A DNA stretch of 64,000 nt from Nemertoderma westbladi (Eukaryota; Animalia; Xenacoelomorpha): positions 248,001 through 312,000 of the forward strand of contig JAUCBJ010009103.1 of assembly GCA_032718475.1 (NCBI GenBank), given 5' to 3'. The position numbers and the translations under genes were made by a program. How positions within the stretch are numbered: position 1 is the first letter of the stretch; every line of letters starts with the position of its first letter. Shown here in pieces: positions 24,533 to 35,674 of the stretch. The notes beneath the pieces are model-generated. The model ran no database searches. It had not been told where the DNA came from and saw only the letters and a list, made by a program, of their open reading frames with translations.

Positions 24533-26767
24533 GTTTGATTGTACAGTTGAATGCCTACTACTATAACGACAGTTAAAGCAAGTCTAGTAATTCAGTATCC
24601 ACTGAAAGCCTAGTAATTAATTACCGATACTGTTACTCAGTGTAACGTGATATATATATAATATATTAGAATACCGGTATACACTTATAGTATATATATA
24701 AGTATTATTACAGACTAGGGTTTGTCACAGAATACCGGTATATAATTTCAGCATAAATATATATAAATATATAATAAGCCTACCGTGAATACCGGTATAC
24801 AGCTATAATGGGTTAATGTATAACGGTATAATGGGTTTTGACAATATTTGAAATAAATGTTATTATTTCTGGAAAGGAAGCTGAACGCTCTCAGTGAAGT
24901 GCTACTTGTTGGACACTAAAACAAATAATTCTACTTGACTAAGTTACTTATTACTACAAACTACGTACAATTACGGGGTGAGATTACAATCTCTAAATAA
25001 ACACAAAAATTACATGTACAAATTTTAGGGTAATTTTACAGGAAATCTACAAACCAGCCTAACAAGGGGTTAGAATTTCTGGTTATTACAAACAGACAGG
25101 AAACTACGGTATTTGAATTTAATAAAGCAGTAGTAAATATATTGCGTTGTCTAGATAAGAAAATACCACCATCTGACGACTTATAGTCTCTTGCTTTACA
25201 GCTCTATAAGTACTACGTTATGTACCCGGAGTGTTCCTACCTAGAAGTTAATTACCGCAGCCAACCAGAGCTAACGTGCCTATTAACCACTTTACAACAC
25301 AAATATACTGCCTACATACTAATTACCTTCGGAAAGCACTGTACACTAAACCCTAAATTAGGTACAAGTACTTATACAATAAATAACCAGCAGTTAAATA
25401 TACTTGTACAGCTAAAAGAACCACGGTATCTGCTGGAGTGACTAGAGCATAAAATCACCAGTCTTTACCTATGCCAAACAGCCCTGATATAGTACCGGGG
25501 TTAATTTAACTATAACGGTATGTATAACAAGCACAATTACTGTAGGAATTAACTTGGGGATTTATGTAGGTTGCGAATAATCGCATAAACTCTGAATAAT
25601 AAATATTATGCTACCCATGCAGACTACACAAACAAAATACAAACCAAATGCTGGCAGACTACTGCCAAGCCTAAATAAACTACAGTATATGCAGACTCCG
25701 AAATGGTTAGTTAGTATGCGTTCTAACCGAGTAGTACGACTTATTCCTTCGGAGGGGATTTACCTTACAACACTGGATGCCCCCACCTTCCTAACTAGCA
25801 CTTTATCGGACAGACACTCTACACACACTGCAATCTCTTCAGACCTAACAACAGCCAGACAACAATCCAGCCTACAAATTATTTATACAATCTGAGCAGG
25901 CTTACACGCCTTCTGCAGTTCTGCTCAATATTACACTTACAGATAAATAAAACTGACAGAGATAAGTAAACCATACAAAGGAATAAGGGATGATCATCCC
26001 TAATCCCCTAACAGCCTACAATATACAATATATCACAATCGAACTAATACTGGTACCCGCAAGTACCGGTTCCGGTGGTTAGGTAGTTAGGCCTACAGGT
26101 TACCGTCCGACAGGTACATTCGAATTTATTTGCCTACGTGCAATCAAGAGTTTAAAACTATTAATGTTCGCGCTTTTAGACCTTTAGCAGTTTAACCTGC
26201 CAATTTTAGGTGTCTTTTTGTATATCAATCATTTAATGTATTGAAGGTACATCAGCCGAAGCCAGCCTGTGCGCGACCATTCACCCACAGTTAAGGGAGA
26301 CTGGATTCGGATGCTTTGATAGTGATTGCAGTGTAGACCTACTGTATTATTCGATTGATTGTTAATATATAATCTCTGACAATATATTTACTTTCGGGGA
26401 AATATTAACAGTTCCTTTAGGACGTGGCACTTTAAGTATAAAACAGAGTTATGACTTATACTAATCACAACTGGATGGCTACTGAGTTTCGTAAAAAGCG
26501 CATTCTTTAGGAGATGCTTTATTAACCTTCACACTAGTTCACACTACTGCGCACTGATCTGCCGACTGTCACTGAATTTGATCATATATAAGGAGGATCG
26601 CAACTGACACATGTAGGGATTATGAAATAGCATTCAATTCACACAAAAACCACTATAATGTAAGTCGCAGTTGCTACCGGTAAACCTATTCCTCTAACCT
26701 TTAGTAATCAAAGAGATTGAGGGTTTTATGATTATTCATCGGTATTCTCCAAATATATCAGCAATAT

Positions 26768-29700
26768 CCCAGTCAAAAATCCACATGCGATACGCATGCG
26801 GGTGACGCACCAAAACCGCCTGCGGAGCGCATGCGTGTATGTCCGGTCGAAAAAGTGCGATATGCATGCGGACCGTAAGCGTGTCCGCATGCGGACCACA
26901 TGTGTGTCCGAATGCAGTCTGCATGCGGACCGCAAGCGTGTCCACATGCGGACAACAAGCGTGTCCATATGCAGAACTACAAATATCCACACGCAAAACC
27001 CTTACCACACAGGTCCATGCCCATTACGCACTCCTACTGCCAATTTGCGTCGAGTTACATCTTAAAAAGGTCGCATATATTATATATAGTCTAATATATG
27101 TCTGGTCATTTCTCAGTCGGTCTGTTTGGTAAAACACCACTGTATGAATGTCATACATACAGTGTATCAACATGCACTTGTTACGTTTTATAGGATGAAG
27201 GGCCTTATGCAATTGTAAATATTGTGCAGCTCGAAGGCTGACTAAGTCTAACGTTTTGACTAATAACTCGAGTTTAAAAAAAGATGAGAAAGCTGCTTGC
27301 AGATTTGAAATCTCTATTAAATTCGGCGCATGCACACGATAGGATTGGAAATTTGTTTGACAATTTCCAAACTAGGGGGGTGCTGTGCTACATTCCCACC
27401 CCCACCCCCAGTGTTGAGTGTTCCTTGGCGCTGAACTTGATTGGTTGGGAAGGCCGCAAATTGCCGCTAAAGATGTCCAAATGAAATTTTGAATAATAAT
27501 TCAAGCACAGAGTGATACATTAACACTTCGCACCATATTGTATTGGGTCTAAACTCTACACCGACAACCATTATTAAAGCGAATTAATAATGTTATTTAT
27601 TAATTGAGGGAAAGGTTACAGTAGAAGGTTATTCTAAAAAAACAATAAACGAGAGTCACAAACTCCGGTTACATTTTCATATTTGCTGTTGTCGGCTGTC
27701 GGATATCGGCGTAGTGCTTAAACCCTACCATATTGTAGTTTGTTAGAGAGCGTTATATACCTGTTAATGAATCAAAGCCAACACCTCAAATGTGCAGTAA
27801 TAATCTGAACTCAAAATGAGCTATCGAGCTATCGACACAAATTCCACCTGGACGAAGAAATAATGAAGTTAATGGGAATCGAATATCGAGTACAATGGCA
27901 ATATCTTATAACCAAAACAGTAACAGGTCTTTCAATTATTGCTCGTTATAAAAACAAGTTACAAACAAAAATGTTACAAAATAGTTTTATTAGAATTAGG
28001 AACTTGAAAAAAATACTCAAAACAAAACATTTTTATTTTAACCTTATTTAATCAGAACTGTACACTCGAATTCGCTTTCGTCGCTTGATCATGTATTTTT
28101 TAGATATTAGTGTAATCTTTCTTTTCCTTCCCTTAATAATTTCCTCGACGCCTCCGTCATCACGTCCTCCCTCTCCAGCCTCCGTCTGAGCGCCACCACT
28201 ACGTCCTCCCTCTCCAGCCTCCTTCTGGGCGCCTCCACTTCGTCCTCCCTCTCCAGTCGGATTCCTGGAACCACACTCAGTGCTACGCGACACGAAGCTG
28301 TGTGCAGGTCTGTGTCACCAACGTACGCCAGTATGTATTCGTGCACTAGTTTGTACATAAAGTCGTCGTTTTTGAATATTGTTTTCAGTAGGGTTGCGAG
28401 GTGACAGTCTGGAAGTATCCGGGCCGGATGCCGTTCGTCCATGGGGTCCGGATCGAGTTTGTAGAATTCCTCTCTGCCTCTGTCAGTCTGTAGCGGTTTC
28501 GAGGTGTTTAGCTATGTTTTATAGGAGCGTAGCGTGGCGATTTCGAACGGCATTCTGGCCTTCAGACCAGTTGTGCAATATATCCAGAACTTCCCTAACA
28601 GGGTCGTACGTACGTGGATGAGTTTCTAGTGGTGGGCATATTGCTGTATATTGATTTATCATGTTTATAGAATAGTTATCATGAATACCAGAATACTGTA
28701 GTAGCTAACAACAAGGCCTACGTCAGTACGTTACCGTTACAATGCATTACAAAAATTCCATCTCCATTCAATCTCAAATCAAGTTCCAGGAATTCCAGTC
28801 TGGCCTACCGGTAGGTAGCGGTACCGCACCGCGCTACCGGCAGACCGGGTACAGGGTAGGCCTATTTTATTTTTTGCATGTTAGTTTTACCTTTTTAGGC
28901 CCTACTGGTTTACACAGTTACAGGTTTACCCTACGTCTGTACGTCCTGACGTCAGACTGTGGCAGACCAGCCCAGCAGCATGGCGCCTGGCAGCACAGAC
29001 TGGCAGTGGCAGAGCAGCCAGCCACCCAGCCATGGGCAGATTGGCGCAAGTTGTACTGTTGTAGCTGTAGGCCTAAATGCTGCGCCGAAAGTGTACAGCG
29101 TACCGATAGCCAGAAAGCAGATGGGCGTGCCTACATGAAAACTTTTCGAAAGGGAACTGCATACTGCTGTACTGCAGTACTGGTAAATTTGACCTAGCTC
29201 AGAAGCTAGAGATAAAATAGCTGACAGCCTGATTTTCCCGCCAAAACCATGATTTGTGTAGAAGACAACCAAATCCTTAATTTAAATATCCTGAATTTCC
29301 ATTGGCAGATAGGCTAATTACGATTTTTCTTAGAAGTGAAGGAGGCTGCTCCTGTGTTGATTTATTATGGTGCAGGTTAACTGGTTAACAGGTAGTTCGT
29401 TAAGATATCTCTATCTAGTCACTAATAATATATGCAGCTACAGTACTGTATCTCCAGTAACTACAGTAAGCAAATGTGAGGCAACAGGATGCAGGTTTGT
29501 TGAGTGCTATGTTCTTAATCACGGTATAGGCGCCGATCTTCTTTTAGAATATAAGTATTCGGTTCAGAATAACGTCATACAAGAGGCTGACTGAATTATA
29601 AAATTTAATTACGCATCCAATCCTTGCGTGTCGCAGGAACTATTCCGTAATTCAATTTCGAACAAAAATTAATAAAACGAAATAAATGATATTTAATAAT

Positions 29701-30202
29701 AATTATGGTAGATTTATGATATTAAGGTGAATTATATCACTTTTTAAAATTTATAAAAATTTGAATCACGCATCCAATTTTCCATAGCATCTACCGTTAT
29801 TTCTATTTTAAATTATAGAAATGGCACCATACAATTAATTTAAATTATAACCAACAAAAGGTCTAAGCTATTTAATAGATTAAATCACCTGTACAAAACA
29901 TCATATCATAAACACTTAATTCTTAATTAGCACAATTATGAACACCAACGGATTGGATCACGCATCCAATCCGCGCGTATCGCATGCACAAGTCCGCACT
30001 TCAATATTTCACCTAAATTAATAAAATGCAATAAATGACCTTATATTTGAATAATTATGGTAGATTCATGATTTTAACATGAATTATATCATTTTTTAAA
30101 ATTTCTAAAAAATGTTTAAAATTTATAAATAATTGAATTCCGCATCCAATCCACATCCCGCATGCCCTACTCATGTGGATCGCATGCGTCTTTTTGACTG
30201 GG
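26768..30202. mobile_element. Non-autonomous CACTA/EnSpm-like (CMC) DNA transposon carrying a host gene fragment
   Basis: 12-bp TIR CCCAGTCAAAAA / TTTTTGACTGGG. 2-bp TSD (AT) deduced from the empty site GCAATATATACCA in the other LTR. Subterminal repeats GCATGCGGAC (26780-26975) and CGCATCCAAT (29610-30190). No transposase. Confidence 0.85.
28261..28639 (-). pseudogene. DCAF1: Captured 5' coding fragment of DCAF1/VprBP
   Basis: EVLDILHNWSE...LL*NIAKHLETAT / EFYKLDPDPMDERHPARILPDCHLATLLKTIFKNDDFMYKLVHEY...LHTASCRVALSVVPG matches the DCAF1 N-terminus (DPDPFDDRHP...LFKNDDFM...AACRLLLDIMPG). Has a stop and frameshifts. Confidence 0.88.
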
Positions 30203-31511
30203 ATATACCAACATAACACCAAGTAATAACAGAATCAAATAATGCGGTGAACAGTCAGTATGTGTTACATGAAGTATGATTCAGCAATGATTCAGTAGTT
30301 GAATTGTTAATACAGTAGTTTTACGTTCTTTTAATCAAAGCCATCTGATGTTTCTGATGTTTAGGTCAAAGTCTGAAACTTCCACAGAAGTACAGAAGAA
30401 TCCTAAGCCGGTGTTCTGGGCTTAGAAAAGATACACACTGACTGAATTGCGTGGGTTTCTGTAGGCACTGTCCAACACAAAGTGAAAATCGCTCTGATTG
30501 GCTGAGCTGAACAAAGAACAAAGAGAGATTCAGGTTCCGCGTTGGCAGTAAATCAGCTGACAGATTGCGTCATCTGAGTCATCTTTTAGAGTATTAAGCG
30601 AATTGCGGCAGAATGGCTAGTTATGTCCGCTAAAGCACGCATACAGACATAACGGGTAAAAATGGCTTGTCATGTCCGCTAAAAGCACCTACACGGTACA
30701 TTGCGGAGAAAATGACTGGTTATTTCCGCAAAAGCTTTTACAGTCCCTGAACATTTGTAATAGCCCCCCGCCCCGACAAAAAATATTTTATTGTAATAAT
30801 ACACAATGTTTGTTATGCCAATGTGACATACTTTATGAACGCCCCCCAAGGGAAAATATTATTTATTACAGTACCAGAAGGAAAAATAATACTAATTACA
30901 GTACCAGAAGGGAAAATAATACTAATTAAAGAACCAGCTTAAACTAAAAAGTAGACTATCGCTAACCTATTCTCATAAGAAACATTTAATAACCATATAC
31001 AACTGATTAAATTCAAACTAGTCAGGAGTTTTTTTTATAAGATCTGTTGTTCAATAAGACTGAGAGGTACTTAAATTTCACTTAAAACCATTATCATCTC
31101 TCAATAAAATAACAGAAAACTCGAGCAAAGTGAGCAGAATCCCCCCCCCCCCCCCCCCCCCAAACAGCCAACCATGTATAGGTATGGAGAATAATATGTG
31201 AGTAAATATGTAAGGTTGGAGAATAACCGCGCTGTAACTGGTGTAATATTAATTGACGGAGACACCTTTTTTAAACGCTTGTAGCTAAAGAATGAAAGTA
31301 AAAATAAAAATTATGTATCTCTATTTCAAATTTCATGCAATCTCATTCAGATTTGTAAAAAAAAATTGGTGGTCCGGTACCTGAATAAATAAGACACTGC
31401 ACGCTCAGGGTACGGTACGAGATCTTACAGTCTAACGTCAGTATAGTACTACTGCACTACTAATACAACGATCGGCATGCTGCATTATATACTGTATATG
31501 TTACATATATA

Positions 31512-32010
31512 TTAAGAATGATGTGCCGACGTGTCGACAAAATTGCGCCGCCACAACTCCCCATCACTTCTTTGCTAGATCATCCGCATCTTCAAGGCCG
31601 GTGTCCTTTAAGATGTCTCTCAAGAAAGTCAATGGCTATCCATCATGCTTATTCACTCCATGAGGCCGCCAAAGCACAAGATTATGCACTGGCTGGTCCC
31701 CAAGGCGAAATCAATGTCCTGCAAAGCGGAGGCGGCTTTGTTCTAGTGTCAAGCTTGGGGAAACCAATGAGACACATCCAATATTATACGGTATAGTGTC
31801 TGGTTGGAGATATGTTCATTGTACTTGACACAGTGAACCCGGCGTAGAATTCTTGTGAAAGAGTGCATCCAGAGATTTTGTGTCCTCAGCAGCTCATCAG
31901 CCCATGCCATGTCCTCCCATGCCTTTCCCTTTACGTATTCGTAGGTCCTCACCTGACTTCCGGATCCATGATCCCAGGTTACAGAAGTCGTCCACATGCT
32001 CAAGCATAAC
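31512..32010 (-). pseudogene. 5'-truncated RTE-like LINE 3' end
   Basis: Homologous to 9483-9735, 13290-13338 and 14779-14962 (FTRILRRVHCVKYNEHISNQTLY...RLRFAGH). Confidence 0.8.
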
Positions 32011-32068
32011 ATTCTATGAGCTTATGCTCATCGGGTCAGAGACTTGCTGAGGGTGACTACAAAACAAA

Positions 32069-32468
32069 GACCCAAGACACAAATAATAAAGACCTGCATA
32101 TTGTAACATGTGTTATCTTTCGTTTATTGTTTTGGTTCCCCCAACACGCCTCTGGTAAGCAGCTCCTTTACTTACTAAACCCGATCATTTAATTGGAAAT
32201 GGCACCAAACGCTCTATGGCAATAGGACCTAACGCTCTTTGGGACCTATGCTATACAAAACAAAGAGGTAAAGTAGTCCCAAAGAGCGTTAGGTCCCAAA
32301 GAGCATTAGGTCCCATGCCATAGAACGCTTAGGACCCTTTGCATTTAAAGGAGCAGAGGTTAGTAAAGGAGCAGGTTACAGAGGCGTGTTGGGGAACAAA
32401 AACAATAAACGAAAGTTAACATGTGTTTTGTACAGGTCTTTATTACAGTATTATTTTGGTCTTTGGTC
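32069..32468. mobile_element. Foldback MITE about 180 bp upstream of the NDUFA10 start codon
   Basis: Nearly whole-length imperfect inverted repeat (AATAAAGACCTG...TTTCGTTTATTGTTTTTG...AACACGCCTCTG versus CAGAGGCGTGTT...CAAAAACAATAAACGAAA...CAGGTCTTTATT). Related pieces at 34840-34955. Confidence 0.75.
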
Positions 32469-32650
32469 ATCAGTACACCAGTACATCAGTACACTCAACA
32501 GCCCAAAGTTCAGAAGTACAGTACTCTGGCAGTCTGGTACTGTCAGACTGTAGTCCAGTAGTCAGTCTGCAGTCTACAGGTCTAGTCAGTAGGCCTACTG
32601 CAGTACTGGTACCTACTGCAGTACTGACTGTAGATTTTGATATATTCTGA

Positions 32651-33030
32651 ATGGCTGCGTTAGTGAGCCTTCCGCGACAATCTATCTTCTTGGGATGCGG
32701 CCGTCGGCGACGGATTCCCGCACTTCCTCCGGCTCATAAACTCTCCACCGCTGCGGTAAGAGCCGCTGCTATACAGGAGGGCGATCTACGTAAAGGTCGC
32801 GAGATTATACATCATGAGTTCGATCCCCAAGAAGAGGCAGAGTTGGCGAAGTATTTCCCGAACGAGGCGGACTTGAAGAGACCGACTCTGCGGCAGTGGA
32901 TCCAGCATCCCATCGAGAGTTTTACCTCCATCTGCATGGACGTCGGTCCCCACATGGATAATCGATTCTCACATGTGTGGTACAATCTAACTTTGGATAA
33001 AATGCAAAACAGATGGGATTTCTGGACGAG
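32651..33030 (+). CDS. NDUFA10: NDUFA10 exon 1 (mitochondrial presequence plus N-terminal extension)
   Basis: Arg/Ala-rich, acid-free presequence. Donor AG|GTTGGA at 33031 is phase 2 and joins exon 2 in frame (WTR-MIVFDGNI). Confidence 0.75.
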
Positions 33031-35553
33031 GTTGGATAATTTACATTTTCTACCTAACTGCCTAGGCCTTATACAGGTTATACAGTTAGAGGCTATCTAT
33101 TGTTTGTTCGTTCTGTCGTTTCGTTTGTAGACAAAATTTGAAATTCGCAATTTTATGTGCCGGTACCGTTGTACTGGCTGACTGGTGTAGTTCTAACAGA
33201 TAATTTTCACCATCCGTGCAAAATCACTCCCAGGTTAAAATTCCCTAGTCAGCTAGCAGGCTAGTGTATTCTCACTCCCGGGCAGCCGGGGTCTGGGGGT
33301 GAATTTTCCTTAGTACAGTTAGTAGTAGTGTAGTTTGTCTGTAGTGTATTTTTTTACCCCCTCGGCCCTCCAGTGAAAACTCACCCCTGCTTTTATCAAT
33401 TTTCACTCTCTGTCTGTGTAAAAACCATCCCCGGTTTAATTTCCCTAGCTGCCTAGTCAGCTAGTGCAGTAGTCTATTCTCACTGCCGGTGCCCGGTGTA
33501 TCAGCATTCAGCACGTAAATTACCTACCTTACTTAATAAATAGATAGATACACATTAGCACCTTTCGAGCAGCCGTGACTTAAATGTAGTAACTTTAGAT
33601 ACTGTACCGGTACGGCCTTTCGCGCAGCACATGAGTTCAATGAAATAAATATACAGTAATGTATATAAAAGACTGATTCAATTTATTTATTCTCGAATCT
33701 CCTGTGGCCTTGTACCGGTACAGTATTAGATGGCACAGGCACACTAGAAGTAACTAGAAGGCTTATATCGTATTTAAATTAATAATGAAATTTAAAATAT
33801 CGTGGGGGTTAAGAATACACTGAGGGGGGTTAAATTTCACTAAAAAATCACCCAGAGTACGGGCTGTTACACCGGCTGTCCGATTTATTAATATTTTATT
33901 TATTATTTTGGTTAGAGTTAGTTGGTGGTTGGTGAAGTTTGCACTCTAGTTAGAGCAGAGCAACCTAGACTAGAACATATTATATTAAAATGATACCAGT
34001 AGTAGGCCTAGAGGATATGGTCCGATCCTTTTTACCTTTTTATCGTCTAAGTAGCCTACACTGCTGATAATGCCATACAATGTATAGTATATGCCAGATC
34101 ATGCATCTAATCTACCACATTTTCATTGTGTCCCTTCACCAATTCACACTTCACGAGTCATAACTGTGTATAAATACCAGATAAATTGCTATTGTCGTGT
34201 TTAAAAGATAGCTGAAGCTGTTGCTTATTTATTTTGTCACATTTTGTATTTTACTACATAATATTAGGTACCGTAATCACAACGGCTATTTTACCATATA
34301 ACGCACCTTCTATGCATTGATGATTCTGCTGGGTATAGTCAATCTCATAACTATACTAAAATCAATTTGAATAAAAAAAAAGTGATCACAAATGAATATA
34401 ACATTTTGGCTCAATAGCCAGAGGCCAGATACTCATGAAATGGCTGAATAGATTAATTAAAATTACAGAATTGTTTAAATTGGTTTAATTTATGCTAAGA
34501 AAAAAGTTATTAGGCCTACTTAACTTATTAATATTATTCGTTTCAATCTCGAAGTCGTAATTAGACTACCTACGAGGAGATATATACCGAGATAAGTCCC
34601 ACTTAAGGAGAAAATTGCGATTTATAACAATTTTGACATGGGTAATTTTGTAATAACGACCTAGTTGCTAAGGCCTTTCAGGAGCGCATAATTCGAAGAT
34701 AAGGCCTAGCGACTGCAGGCCTAGCGACTGCATGAAACAACATGTCATAAAAATAAACTTCCTTAGAAACTGATGTAGTTCATAGAAACGGGTAGTTACA
34801 GTTCATATTCTAACCTCTGGTAAAATTAAGGGGAAAGGGGCAGGTTACAGTGGTGGAGTTTTCGAACCAAAACAATAAACGAAACTAGATTTATTAATCA
34901 ACGGAAATAAGCAGGTTACGATGGCGGTGTTTTCGAACCAAAACAATAAACGATTTCTCAATAACATAGGTCACAGTCTTATTTTTGAAACACGAAAATA
35001 CCAGAGGTGCGGAGATAAGAACTGTAACTTAAGCGGGTCATTACTTCAAAGTTGCCCAAGGTGTGAAAGTGCATAAAACACATTCTTATGTTAAGAGGGA
35101 CCCATAGACACCGAAGCATCCAAGAAATCTAATCCGTTCAAAAATTTCGGTTGGGTAAAAGCTGCCGTATTATAAAACATGTTTTGCCAACTAAGATAAC
35201 TTCTGAAACAATTTGCAGATTATACATTCATACGGCATTTATTTATTTATTTAGTTTTTATTTATTTATTTAGTACTTTTTTAGTACTTTGTTATTTTTT
35301 ATACTAGATGTATAGTTATAAAGATACAAACCATGGGGAAGGAAATATTTCTGGATGGGCATAGTGAATTGAATAGAATCGGATTACTTTTGTACTTATC
35401 AACAATAATAAATGTAATTAGATTCGCCATTGTCCATAATTAGCAGTATTATTTATTATCCTTTAAAAGTAACAGATCATTGGAATATTATTTGAGTTTA
35501 AATAATAATAGACTCATTAAATATTACAGTTATTATCTATGTTTACCGTTTAG

Positions 35554-35674
35554 GATGATTGTTTTTGATGGAAATATTGGCTGCGGTAAATCGACAATAG
35601 CGAAGGAAGTTGCCCAAAAGTACGGGTTGAAATACTACCCAGAGCCTGATCTCTACTACTGGGAAAGGAGGCAG
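35554..35674 (+). CDS. NDUFA10: NDUFA10 exon 2 (complex I 42-kDa subunit, dNK-fold P-loop)
   Basis: tttag|G acceptor. MIVFDGNIGCGKSTIAKEVAQKYGLKYYPEPDLYY resembles NDUFA10 VITVDGNI-x2-GK-x2-AKEIAEKLG-x-K-x-FPE. Donor CAG|GTTAGT at 35675. Remaining exons lie beyond the window. Confidence 0.85.

Larger units (their letters stand above)
20450..30742 (-). mobile_element. Non-autonomous LTR retrotransposon with ~1.2-kb LTRs
   Basis: Direct repeats 20450-21678 and 26165-30742 (the latter interrupted), TG...CA ends, 5-bp TSD GTCCC (20445-20449 and 30743-30747). The purine tract GGGAGCGG next to 21678 and the internal ORFs are on the minus strand. No RT or integrase motifs seen. Confidence 0.9.
26165..30742 (-). 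repeat. 5' LTR, interrupted by a 3.4-kb DNA transposon
   Basis: 26165-26767 and 30203-30742 together reconstitute the LTR at 20450-21678, with a few indels. Confidence 0.9.

Noticed and set aside
26732-27132. Cluster of Cys/His-rich small ORFs
   Set aside because: Translations of the GCATGCGGAC subterminal repeats of the CACTA-like element.
28107-28639. Functional DCAF1 gene
   Set aside because: Only the N-terminal ~120 codons are present, with a stop and frameshifts, enclosed in transposon TIRs and with no downstream exons.
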